DNA of 64,000 nucleotides from Octopus vulgaris (Eukaryota), in contig OX597819.1 of the NCBI GenBank assembly GCA_951406725.2, positions 76,756,001-76,820,000 on the forward strand, read 5' to 3'. Of this stretch, positions 43,091 to 55,337 are shown in pieces (positions within the stretch are counted from its first letter, which is position 1; every line of letters starts with the position of its first letter). The position numbers were made by a program, and so were the translations under genes. The notes beneath the pieces were generated by a model, which had not been told where the DNA came from, searched no databases, and saw only the letters and a list, made by a program, of their open reading frames with translations.

Positions 43091-43912
43091 AGATACAAAT
43101 CAGGCAGACTATGATTAACACATACTATACGGGTTTAATTAGGATAAAATAAGAATTGTCCAAACTGAAACATATTGATATATTAGAAATATCAAAATAC
43201 AGAAATATAAAAATATATGAATACTAAAAATATACATGGACATATAGATATGTATATATAATAATAATAGAATATAGATAAAAATAATAATGGAATATAG
43301 AAAAAAGACGTTTTTAAAAATTCGAAACATAATAAAGTAATTGACATTAAAAAGAGTTTGGGGTAACCTGTTACAGGAGTACATTTGGGATCTCTTCGGT
43401 TTGAACGGCAGTTTTTTCTAGCGGTGTCATATGGACGTCACTGATTGGTTGAAATTGCAGAAATTGAGGAAAAAAACAACAAATATCTTACAAACTATAG
43501 TATTTTCTCAATAAAGCCAAGAGAAAAAGATGTTTTATAAACACATTCTACCAGTATACGAAGTTTAAAATTTTTTAATTACCTAGAAATTATGTTAAAA
43601 ACTGCCGTTCAAACCGAAAAGGTCCTACATTTGCCCAGATTACATATGAATCTTAAGATTCATTTCCCTAGAATGTCCCCATCATCAGGGGGGAAATAGT
43701 GCTTCCGCTAGATATGCATTTAGTTCCTTATCAGGTATGAGATAATTTGATGCTTTATAGAACCACGTGAATTTTTATTATTCATAGATTTTTATCTTTC
43801 TATATTTTTATATTGCTAATATATCAATATATGTTTCAGATTGGACAATCCTTATTTTATCCTATTTAAACCTGTATATGTACGTGTTAATTGTAATCTA
43901 CCTGATTTGAAC
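43091..43912. repeat. Diverged inverted repeat (about 43091-43240 vs 43762-43912)
   Basis: aggataaaataagaattgtccaaactgaaacatattgatatattag vs ctaatatatcaatatatgtttcagattggacaatccttattttatcct. Confidence 0.85.
43388..43625. mobile_element. Internally deleted copy of the 8-bp-TSD MITE
   Basis: Same TIRs as 8387-8812. TSD tacatttg at 43380-43387 and 43626-43633. Confidence 0.93.
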
Positions 43913-43975
43913 CTTTTTTTATTGTATTTATTATACTTGCCTAACGCTTCGGGTTCGATTTGAGCACTTCTATGC

Positions 43976-44081
43976 TGTTTTTCGAAAGAAAATTATAATT
44001 ATATATATGTATGTATATGTGTGTGTTTGTATGTATATATATATATATATATACACACACATATATACATGTATACATATA

Positions 44082-44157
<76 letters not shown>

Positions 44158-44437
44158 AAGAGATACAGTTAGAGGTATATGCATAAATATGTACGTGTAT
44201 ATATGTAGGTTTATATATATGTGGGTATATATGTTTGTGTATATATATATTTGAGTGTGTATGTATGTGTTTATATATATATATATATATATACACAAAC
44301 ATATATACCCACATATATATAAACCTACATATATACACGTACATATTTATGCATATACATATAACTGTATCTTTTTTTCTATATATATATATATAAACAT
44401 ATATATATATATATATGTATATATGCGTATACATGTA

Positions 44438-44491
<54 letters not shown>

Positions 44492-44494
44492 CAA

Positions 44495-44539
<45 letters not shown>

Positions 44540-44568
44540 AATATAATTATAATTTTCTTTCGAAAAAC
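43976..44568. repeat. Inverted duplication of microsatellite-rich DNA
   Basis: gtttttcgaaagaaaattataatt...agatacagtta...gtgggtatatatgtttgtg is mirrored on the right; centre near 44265. Confidence 0.9.
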
Positions 44569-44573
44569 ATAGC

Positions 44574-44607
<34 letters not shown>

Positions 44608-44685
44608 CGTGACAGTGATATATGTTTCTAGTAGTGGTGAAACAGATATATCCGACCTACAATATTTTAGACGTGTTTGTGTGTC

Positions 44686-44749
<64 letters not shown>

Positions 44750-45569
44750 CGTGCTTGCGTATTTGCAGAGAGGCGATTAAATGGGCTATATGCTATCCTA
44801 TCTCAGCGTATACTTTCTTACTTATGTAAGAAATCATAATCATTTTACTCCTCTCTTCAATTTCTCGTTCTTCTGTATCCCTCTCTCCCTCTTTTTCTGT
44901 CGCCATCTCTATCTCTCCCTCTTTATCATGTCTTATCTATGTCTTATACTCTCATTATATCTCCCGATCTCTTTATCGCTGAATCCATTCTCTCCTGTTC
45001 TCCTTTGTTAGCAAATCGCCTTCGTCTTTCCTTTCCTCAATTTCGTCTTACAATAACAGCAATGCAGCATCTATTTATTAAATTTAGATTTATTTCCAGA
45101 GAAATGACACTAAAACCTCCAGCACATTGAATAATATTGCAGCAAAAGCCTAAAGCTTGCTGTTATCACAAGTGATGCAGAAAAGAGAAAGAACTTTCAA
45201 TGAGCAATGCATCAACACACTCCTACCTACAGAGCACAAAAGAAGTCTATTTATACATGCATTCATATATACATATTCATACATGCATACATATATACAT
45301 ATTTATACATGCTCACATATATACATACATGCAAGTCTTAATACATACGTAGACGTATGCAAATACTTGCATTTATCACACTTATAGATACTCTAATGCA
45401 TACATATACTAATATCATAATAATGTAATCATAATAGTACCAGTAAAACGTAGTTATCAATAAATTTGTTTAGGAAGACTTATATATACAAGTTAATGCA
45501 TTCTTAGTCTTGTTACAAATATACTCAGTGGATAAATAACAGTAATTTTGGCAGTTTGAAATAGTGATA

Positions 45570-45612
45570 CAACAGACCTGTTTCGACATTATTTAAAGCC
45601 TCGTCAGTGTTG
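45570..45612 (-). ncRNA. Minimal type I hammerhead with canonical core and GUC site
   Basis: CAACA-CUGACGA-GGC(UUUAAAUAAU)GUC-GAAA-CAGG-UC-UGUUG. Confidence 0.78.
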
Positions 45613-45824
45613 CTTAGCTTGCCTTAAAAGCTGCAGTAGTTAAAAAGAATAAAACTTCTTACAGAGAAAGCTTTATGTCAGCCAGGTCATTCTCGAGCGT
45701 TACTGGTTACATGTAACCCACGGCGACTAAACCAGCCCACCGAAATTTATTGGACATCCTTCGGGACGAAAAACAAAAGGGTGAGAGAACTCAAGAGAGT
45801 CAACGGCCACCCAATAATGTATGA

Positions 45825-45962
45825 ATGCGTGTAGCTCAGTGGTTAAGCTGTTACACTTACAACTGTGAGATCGTGGTTTCGATTCCCATATTGGCTGTGC
45901 ATTGTGTTCTTGAGCAAAACACTTTATTTCACGTTGATCCAGTCAACTCAGCTGTAAATGGG
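45825..45962 (+). mobile_element. SINE family C-like 5' part
   Basis: tagctcagtggttaag A box, gtttcgattccc B box, cttgagcaaaacact core. Confidence 0.75.
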
Positions 45963-46632
45963 TAATTTTGTTACGATTGATGCACAAGGGTGGGAGGGTG
46001 AACATCACTCGAACGGAGATCGCGTGAGCCACGTTTTGCATTCATTGATCGAAGGAATGGATAGTACAACCCATATTGTGAATCCCGACTGGTTGGGATT
46101 GGTTGTTGAACCATGTCGAAGGATGACTGATAGAAAAAATACACAAATTTATAAGTAAAATTTTTTTATTAGTTATATCATATATAACTTCTGCATACAT
46201 ATTTATTCATAACCACATTGTATTAGAGCTAGTCATTAATGCCCTGCTGTCAAACTTCAACTTGTGGTATTATCTAAATTTTGCAATATTTGTCGCACGT
46301 TTACATTTCTTCAGAAATTCCATGCTTCAGAACTTTAGTAACTTGAAAAGCAGTAATAAGAACTGATTCTTGTTTCAATTTGCCAAAGACACTGTAATTT
46401 ATCCTTATCCGCGTGTCTATTGTCACAGTAGGATTATACTTGTTCACTATATATATATATATTAACACTAAGGACAACAAAGCATAACATCACACCTCAT
46501 CTCAAAATACTACTGTTTATATCAACACACAGCCCTAGAAACAGTGAGGCATCCAACACTATTATGCACTGTTAAGATATTAACATATTTTATTAACATG
46601 AAATCAATAGTAGTCCTAATACACAGATAAAG

Positions 46633-46704
<72 letters not shown>

Positions 46705-46709
<5 letters not shown>

Positions 46710-47104
46710 TATGTTCCTGTCGTAAGGCTTCACTTTCACACACACCAGCTTAATTTAATTCGTCCTTAGTCGAAAGGCACCTGTTGTTAATGTCCTGTTG
46801 TTTGTATTTGTAATTATGTGCCATTTCTCCGTTTTTTTCCGTCCTTGTCTTCGGATACATTCGCTTGCTTTCTTCCAAAGAATCCAGTGCTCTTAGCTTA
46901 AATTTTCTTGGGGCCGGCTAGATTGGAGCAGTCTCGACTGTAACCGACCTAAACTACAACGACGATCTGGAATTCGACTGATAATAGAAAGCTCCGAATC
47001 ACCGGTCCTTGTTTTATCCTGTTTTTTTTTTTTTTTTGTATCGTCTAACTGTCCGGATGCTTTGTTGTCGCTTGTTACGTTCTTGTTTCATTTTTTGTTT
47101 TGTT

Positions 47105-47105
<1 letters not shown>
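46705..47105 (+). mobile_element. ~400 bp non-coding insert in (TA)n, PLE pseudo-LTR-like
   Basis: Sharp (TA)n boundaries on both sides; degenerate ctgataa...gaatc-accggt-c motif. Confidence 0.4.
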
Positions 47106-47160
<55 letters not shown>

Positions 47161-47163
<3 letters not shown>

Positions 47164-47361
47164 TGATGACGAGCAAAGACTCAAAAACTAGTCTCTGGGT
47201 GCAGGCTTAGCTGGGTGGGGCTGCTTATCTCCCCCTTGTAAACATAAGGACACAGGAAATGTATCAAAGCCAACATGAAGCGTTGATGCTTCCTGGGGCT
47301 AAATAGCAGTGGTGTGATTCCCTTCATGGGACGGTCACATTAAGTTGACAGTATACAACTA

Positions 47362-47362
<1 letters not shown>
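47161..47362 (+). mobile_element. Diverged relative of the 363 bp HHR unit
   Basis: GA-CUGAUGA-C-GAG(CAAAGA)CUC-AAAAA-CUAG-UC-UCUGGGUGCAG; the downstream ataaggacac...ttgacagtatacaac is colinear with 47999-48170. Confidence 0.75.
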
Positions 47363-47424
<62 letters not shown>

Positions 47425-47428
<4 letters not shown>

Positions 47429-47769
47429 AAATATTGAAATTCTAAATCTCTCGTAGAGACATGTACGGTGGTGGGGCGATAGAATGGTTGTATACTGTCA
47501 ATCTAACAAGAACGTGACAGTAGGGGGTACACCACCGTTGTATAGCCGTAGGAGGCATCGAACGCCTCCTGACAGCTTCGACACATTTTTTTCCCTGTGT
47601 CCTTATATACATATACGAAGGGGAGACAAACACCCCCAACCGCCGAAACTGCATCTAGGGACACCGTGTTTCAGGATCATTGTCCTTCATCGGCCTAGAG
47701 TAGCAGACACCGGTCGGCTGGTGATATTTGCCTGGACTCTGTATCTGTATATATGTAAACTCAGTGAAG
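47425..47769 (-). mobile_element. 363 bp HHR unit, inverted permuted copy (345 bp)
   Basis: Reverse complement of 47890-48176 continued by 47814-47867. Confidence 0.85.
47649..47706 (-). ncRNA. Extended type I hammerhead
   Basis: Exact reverse complement of 47952-48009. Confidence 0.85.
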
Positions 47770-47770
47770 A

Positions 47771-48173
47771 ACTGTCACGTTCTTGTTATATTGACAGCAT
47801 ACAACCATTCTATCGCCCCACCACCGTACATGTCTCTACGAGAGATTTAGAAATTCAATATTTCTTATTTTGATAATCAGTGAATAGACTTCACTGAGTT
47901 TACATATATACAGATACGAAGTCCAGGCAAATATCACCAGCCGACCGGTGTCTGCTACTCTAGGCCGATGAAGGACAATGATCCTGAAACACGGTGTCCC
48001 TAGATGCAGTTTCGGCGGTTGGGGGTGTTTGTCTCCCCTTCGTATATGTATATAAGGACACGGAAAAAATGTGTCGAAGCTGTCAGGAGGCGTTCGATGC
48101 CTCCTACGGCTATACAACGGTGGTGTACCCCCTACTGTCACGTTCTTGTTAAATTGACAGTATACAACCATTC

Positions 48174-48176
<3 letters not shown>
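47771..48176 (+). mobile_element. 363 bp HHR unit plus 43 bp terminal redundancy (retrozyme-like)
   Basis: 47771-47813 recurs at 48134-48176 with 2 mismatches. Confidence 0.85.
47952..48009 (+). ncRNA. Extended type I hammerhead ribozyme (U4C variant)
   Basis: CUGC-UAC-UCUAGG-CCGAUGA-AGGA(CAAUGA)UCCU-GAAA-CACGGUG-UC-CCUAGA-U-GCAG; predicted cleavage after C47998. Confidence 0.85.
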
Positions 48177-48234
<58 letters not shown>

Positions 48235-48379
48235 GCACACACATAGTACATAACTTTCAAATACTTATTTAAATCTGCAATCGTGTTCAATACCGACGAG
48301 AATAAGTCCCTTTAAAAGTTTTTTCTTCTCCAATTATGTCAACTCATCTGTCTATCCGGTTCGGTGATTTACTCAAGCA

Positions 48380-48930
48380 AATCTAACTCTTCCATGTTAA
48401 GCGTCCCGATCCTCCACAGCAGTCTTCGTAGCTTTAACTTGATATCCACTCTTCTACAAGTTGCTCGATATATGCTCTTCTTCTGTATGTCCATGTGTTG
48501 GTTTCCAGAGTAGGAGATCGATGGATATTACATCCGTGCTTCTCCAAAAATGCCTTGCATAATGTGGGCTTCTTTTTCTGATTACTGAAGTGATAGTGAG
48601 AAGACTGCCGTTCAGTTGCTGCTATGTGGGGTGTTGCTGCCAAGAAAGATTGAGAAATGCACGAAGCATTCTCATGTATGTATCATCAATTTTCTCTTCA
48701 AGTCTCTTGTCCAGTGTGCATGCTGAAGTGCTATAGAGAAGCATTGATTCAACGATTGCTTGAAGAAATCCTTCTTCATTTCAGGAAAGGAAAACTTACT
48801 CATAATTCCGAGTCTATTCAAGGTATTCTATGCTTTTTGCAATCCTAACCCGGACATTTTCTTCTGTAAAAGCAATGTCACCCTCCAGGTAGGTAAAGCT
48901 ATTAACCATTTACAGACTAGTGCCATTCAG
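48380..48930 (-). mobile_element. RTE-clade LINE 3' fragment
   Basis: AIVESMLLYS..TLDKRLEEKIDDTYMRMLRAFLNLSWQQHPT..YARHFWRS..LLLWKP; several stops. Confidence 0.8.
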
Positions 48931-49104
48931 AGCACCTCTATAACCTATCACGTTATAACCTATATATTCATCCTTACAAGCATTGACAAATAGTTCTGTT
49001 TGTGCAGCTGCAGTCTCGATTGCATGTAACATTTTCTCTACTAATTCTATAAACTAGATTATTTCTGATGTCAAAAACGGGAAAAAAACATCATTTACTT
49101 AGCT

Positions 49105-49445
49105 TAGCGTGTGGTTTAAATGGTTAGGGTATTTGACTCACAATTGTAAGGTCGTGCGCTCGATTCCTGACTGAACATTGTGTCCTTGAGAAAACCCTTT
49201 ATTTTACGTTGCACCAGTTCACTCAGCTGGCGAAAATGAATAGTACCTGTTGTTCAAAGGGCCAGCTTTGTCACATTCTGTGTCACATTGGATCTCCTTG
49301 AAAACTAAGCAAAGAGTACGCGTGGCTATGGAGTGCTCAGCCACTTGCACGTTAATATCACAAGCAGGTTGTTCCGTTGATCAAATCGACTGGAACCCTT
49401 GCTATCAAATCGTTGATCAAACCGACTGGAACCGATAGAGTGCCA
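49105..49445 (+). mobile_element. SINE family C
   Basis: tggttagggt A box, ctcgattcc B box, gagtgctcagccacttgcacgttaat tail region. Confidence 0.82.
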
Positions 49446-50113
49446 ATATTTAACTTAGTGTTATAGAGACCGGATTATAAAGAAATACCTTTCAACACGT
49501 TGGCTTTTGCTTGTACTGTTGTAACTGACACAGTTAACAAAAAGACAATACCAATAACTGCAATGCTACCATTAACGTTTCTTAAACGACATAAATACGC
49601 AGTATCTTCCTAACATTCAAAACATGATACTTCAATGCTGTTATCTAAATTTCTTGCTGAGTCGGCAAGAAAACAGCCCCGGGTTTTATATAATTCAAAA
49701 CATGTACACACACACTTACACACATACACACACACGTTAAGTGAAGTGCAGTGATTGTGTGTTTTGGAATATGTTGTAAATTCAGATACGCACATTTAAT
49801 ATGCAAATAGACTCTTTGATTAAACCACAATTCTCTCTCAGCAGAGCTGACGGTGTTTCATCAAGACTGAAGAGTGTTTACACATGTAAACACGCGCGCG
49901 CGACAGATACACAGGCACACTCTCGCATACGCCTGAAGGGGTTTCGCGTTGAAGTGTTTAATCGGAAAAATCGATCCCAGTACTTATTTTCCTTTTTAGT
50001 CTGGCTATTTTATCGGTCTCTTTGCAGAACTACTAAGTTATGCAGACGTAAAGAAACCAAAACTGATTATCAAATGGTTGGGCGACATACAAATCACACG
50101 CACCCAAAACCGT

Positions 50114-50195
<82 letters not shown>

Positions 50196-51707
50196 TAAAA
50201 GCAATTAAGATTCAAGTCAATTCTATTGAATTCACTTGAATGCGGTACTTAACTTAGATGCACCAGAAAACCTATATGGTATTAACCATACAATAATGTT
50301 GGGTGATTATAAACGAGAAAAAAGCAACAAGAATGGATTAGTTTTTCAGTACAATTGTTTCATACAAAGACAAGATTTATTAAAAGCTGCAAATATTGCA
50401 GCATATACAAGTGTCCCGTACTCATCAGCCAAAACACATATGAGTTCTCCAAGCATCCTAGTGGGTGAGACTACACTCATGAAGTATCGGAGATAGTTCT
50501 ATAAAAAGCAAAATTTAGGTTGTAGGTGGACTTCCAAAGTTCTTTAATGATGATGCACAGTCTTATAACAGGTTTTAAAAAAGCTTAGTAGGTGCAAATT
50601 TCCAGAGATATGAGGAGATATTTCATACACACAGACGATGAATTTATCCATGATTAATCCACAGTAAGGTGGGTATAATTTCCTGCTATATGATAAGATA
50701 CTTGTCACACCTCTGTTCATTTCACAAAACTGCTATGTTAGAATTATAAAGTCTGAAGGAATTTCGTGGAGCAAAGAAAAGAAAAAAAGAAAAAGAAGAA
50801 GAAGAAAAAAAAGAAAAACTGCCCACATAGAGCATACTGGGATAACTGAGAGGGAAGGGGTCGCAGGTACCCACCTACACAGAAAGGTCTCTTCCTGTAG
50901 AGACAGACAGTCTGGCTTAGAATTTGCAGGAATCTAAGAATTATAAAGGAGAACATTATTTTTGACCAGTATACAGCTATTAATTGCCAATCCTACGGAG
51001 CTAAAGCAGATATAAGAATCTAAAGAGAACAAGGGAAGGGATAGAGGAGTCAAAGGCTATCATTAGAGGAAAATACATTAAGAGAAATAAGTGCAATACT
51101 AGAAGGAGGTCATTTAATTAATTTATTTATTATTGTTACTGTTTATATTATTGTTACTGTTTATACAATGAACAGACTGTAGGTCTATACCTAGAGGTCA
51201 TTTACAAGGTGTGAGAGAATTGCTTATCATATTGAAATTTCTTATACTACTTTTAAGGGAGTAGCATTACTTATTTAACTTTATAATAGAATTATGAAGT
51301 ATTAGTAACTTATTTGATTTAAGTTGTGTTACCTAAATTAGATTAAAATTAGATTAAATTAAATTAACTATATAGTCAATTAAATTTTTTTAGGCAACGT
51401 ACAAATACTATTTATTTCTTTATGTTCAAAATCAGGTGCAGTTAGAAAGAAAGAAATAACCACAGTGTAAGAGCTCGCAGTTATCTATTTAAAAAAATAT
51501 TAAAGGTTTTGTTTTACTAGTAGAAGCAAGATAGATCTATCTCCATACGATTATTCTATACGGTTTTTATTTAAAATATTTTAGAGTCTTCATTTTAGCG
51601 TGAATACAAAATTGACCCAGTTCTATATGGTTGATTGATTGATTGATTCTAGTTTCAGCTCATGAGCTGTGGCCATGCTGGGGCACCGCCATTTAAAAAA
51701 TTATCTG

Positions 51708-52958
51708 TCAGAAGTTATTTAGCAAATTCCTATTTTTTCTATGCATTAGAATTTCATACGTCTCCATGGAGCAGAGTTGGCAACCAACTCTGTTATTTTT
51801 ATAAGGCATTGCTCTTCTAACTATTTCCCAATTAAGGTTATATTTAATATTATTATTTTTGAGTTCCCAGATCTTACTTGAATGTGTGGTAGTACCAGCT
51901 TTATGACGTAACTTAAAAGAGGAGATATGATTGCTAATTCTTTTCCTAAAATTTATAGTACAACCTAAATAAAAACATTTGCTATTCTCAGTAGTTATAG
52001 TACATTTATAGATTACGTTACTTACCCCACACAGACCAGGTGCCGGGCATTTTGACCTAATTCTACAATTACACGTAGGGGGATCATCTTCAGATGTTGG
52101 ATTATTTATGGATAGATGTCTCATGTTCTTGCTATTCTGATTATCATGAGTATATTTATCGTTATTATTATTATTATTATTATTATTATAGTTAATGTTG
52201 TTATCTAAAGCAGTGTTATCATTTATCGATCCTTTTACATCATCATTTAGTTGTAAAGTCTTACCATGATTACCTACATTATTGGTATTGTTACTATTAT
52301 TGCTAGTATTTGTATCCGAATGTATATTGTTGTTATAGATATCAATGATGTCCTCATTCCCTGTATTTTCTCTATTAGCATTACTCCTATTATTAACATT
52401 ATTACTCCTATTAATATTAATATTATTATTAGTTATTCCATGGTTATTGATTCTACCCATGTTTTGATAGTTACTATTGTTGCGTTTATTGCTTTTATTT
52501 TTGATAGTATTATTACAATTGTTATTGGTATTCATGTTGATATTATTTTTATCTTTCCTGGCTAGCTTAATGTTATTATTATTAATCTTAGCTATTAAAG
52601 TGGACATATTTGGGAGGGTTGAATAAGAAATCCTAACTGTTTTTTTAGAAATAATTCTATGATATCTATGAGAGGCTGGGAAATTTTTTTCTAGAATTAC
52701 TTTGAATTTGCTTTGTATATCCGATAGAATCGCACAGTTGAAAGGAATATTCAGCCGGATTATATCTTTCTTATTAAATTTCCTTGAATTAGAATTAGGG
52801 TTAGTTGAATTATTACTAATCTCACCAGAGTCATTGTATTTATTACTATTATTTATATGCTTCTTTGATTTATCTAATTTGATTTTATCCGAGTTACCTA
52901 TGCTTTGGTCTATGTTTTTATTTTTATGATTAGGCTTGTACGTTAGATTTGCAGTTAA
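51708..52958 (-). mobile_element. Penelope-like element 3' half: stop-free linker plus GIY-YIG endonuclease frame
   Basis: CNCRIRSKCP..C..NVIYKC..FYLG..FRKRISNH..WEI..CQLCSME..LLN. The frame stays open upstream of the listed ATG (IIRLNIPF..NFPASHRYHRII..ISYSTLPNM). Confidence 0.9.
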
Positions 52959-53066
52959 CTATATATAGTTAATCCAAACATGAAAACACAAAGAGAAGAC
53001 AACAACGCGAGGACGTGGAACAAATATAGTATTATTGGACTCTCAGGAAGGAAAGGAAGAAGGAGG

Positions 53067-53101
53067 GTTTAACGTTTCGAGCGGAGCTCTTCGTCGGAAA
53101 C
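53067..53101 (-). ncRNA. Minimal hammerhead (U4C) in a pseudo-LTR-like segment upstream of the PLE frame
   Basis: GUUU-CCGACGA-A-GAGC(UCC)GCUC-GAAA-CG-UU-AAAC. Confidence 0.72.
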
Positions 53102-53134
53102 ATAGGAGAAGGGAAGACAGAGGAAAAGAAATCG

Positions 53135-54392
53135 CAGGGTGTTTCAAAAAATGTAATATCATTTGAGATGCAAATATCACAGAAACTACACAGTCAAAGC
53201 AAATGGGACTAAACAGGTTAAATGTTGACCAACATAAGATGTATTCCTCCAAATTTGAATGAGAATTTAAAAGGTATGTCGATTCCATGAACGATTTCAC
53301 AAATGTTCAACATGCGCATCGCCTGAGACACACTTCAAGTCAGTAGTCCAGCTCCTTCGAAACACGCTGTAGTATACCTTGGGTAACAGTCTCCAGTGCG
53401 GTAGGGATTCCCTGCTCGAGTTCCTCTAGGTTTGCAGGAATGGGGAGACATAGACCAGGCCCTTCACATAGCCCCAGAGAAAAAAATCATAAGTTGTCAG
53501 GTCAGGTGAACGTGGCGGCCATTTCAACAGCACATTGTCTTCATCACCAGCACGCCCGATCCATCTCCCTCGCAGATTGTCACTGAGATAAACCCGCATA
53601 GTGAGCTTCTAGTGAGGTGGAGCCTGATGAAAACTGAAGGCTTCATGTTCATTTGCAAATGAACTCATCCATTAGCCAGTTCTGAAGCATTTGCAGATAA
53701 ACATTGCCATTTACATTTCCCTGAAAGAAAAACGGGCCATGAAGATGTTTCATGGAGATGGTACAGAACACATTCACTTTTGGTGAGTCCTTCTCATGCT
53801 CAACTGTGGCATGAGGATTTTCTTCGCCCCAAATGCGAACACTTTTCTTATTGACTTTACCATTCGTATGAAATGTGGCCTCGTCACTAAAAACAAGACG
53901 TTCCTTGGACTCGACTTCTTCAAGTTTCTCTTGCATATCAACACAGAATTGCTTGCGCTTTCGCTTGTCATCTGCCGTTATGGCCCTAACGAGCTGCAGC
54001 TTGTAGGGTTTCATTAGCAAGCGTTTCCTCGGGATGCACGAAAATGTCGTTGGAGGGATCTGAGTTTCCAGACTTCGTCTTATGAATTTCTTGGGACTTC
54101 ACAAGAGATTTTGGCGAACCCATTCGACCGTTTCTTCGGATGTTAGTGATCATCCAGATCCCTTTGCCTTGCACAGACAGCCTTCCTCTTTGATATTTTT
54201 GTGCCATGTTCAAATCTGCATTGCCGTTCGTAACTTTTTAGAGAAGTCTGTCAGAAATGCACGCAGCACAGTCTTGTTCGACCGTATTCGAGTATACTCC
54301 AACACACAAAATACCTTTTCTCTTCCAGTGAATACCATTTATATACCTGAAAAGGTAAATGTATCAAATATTAAACATATAATTTTGACCTG
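53135..54392 (-). mobile_element. Degenerate Tc1/mariner-superfamily transposon (rosa/DD41D-like)
   Basis: KPYKLQLV..LVFSDEATFH.NGKVN..RIWG..GPFFF..YLQML and WPPRSPDLTTYDFFLWGYVK. One TIR begins cagggtgtttc; the other end is eroded. Confidence 0.88.
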
Positions 54393-54394
54393 TT

Positions 54395-54486
<92 letters not shown>

Positions 54487-54520
54487 AAGTAAATAAGTAA
54501 CAAGGATGTCCAGGTATTAG

Positions 54521-54607
54521 TGCATTACGGCCGTTTCAAGCGGCTCCATTTAATCGATCAATACAAGCATTACCTCAATTTGAAATAAACCGCTCTCCTC
54601 GGTTGCA
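54521..54607 (-). ncRNA. Hammerhead (U4C) with long stem II
   Basis: UGCAA-CCGAGGA-GAGCGGUUU...GAGCCGCUU-GAAA-CGGCCG-UA-AUGCA. Confidence 0.7.
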
Positions 54608-54942
54608 TAAGACCATATAGGTTTTCAACATACAGGATACTCTATTATAATTTTTTAGCAAATTTTTCATCAGAACTAGAGAATAAAAGAATTACAATGT
54701 TTACTGCTACTATTGTAGCGGACTGAACTTAAAATACTTAAAGAGTGGCAGAAGAAAATACCAATGGGTGCCAAGAAAGAGTAATGGTGATATAGCTACA
54801 TTCATCTTTATCCTTATCACAATCAAAAGATCCAATGCACCAAGTATTCTACATCCATTAAAAACCATTGAGAATTGACAGTTAAGCTCTTGCTGCTAGT
54901 GATAAATTAATTCTTGTCAGACACTCTTCTCTGCCCTTATTT

Positions 54943-54973
<31 letters not shown>

Positions 54974-55036
54974 CTGTAAAATATATATATCTACACGCAC
55001 ACACACACATACATACATACATAAATACCTACATAC

Positions 55037-55110
<74 letters not shown>

Positions 55111-55286
55111 GGAGAGAAGTATAGACGTCACTAAAGTGACTAAGGGTACTACTTAGCACCAGTATTGCTAGAAATAAGAATCAAAGCAACTCTTAGCCAT
55201 GAGCAAAGCATTTATCTTATGACTGCCTTTCGGTTGTAAATTGCGAATAAGCCACCTTTGTTATTTAGATGTGTGTGTGAGTGAGT

Positions 55287-55337
<51 letters not shown>

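Noticed and set aside
47484-48240. 129-aa and 134-aa mirrored ORFs
   Set aside because: They are antisense to the HHR strand, have no recognisable domain, and are duplicated only because of the inversion.
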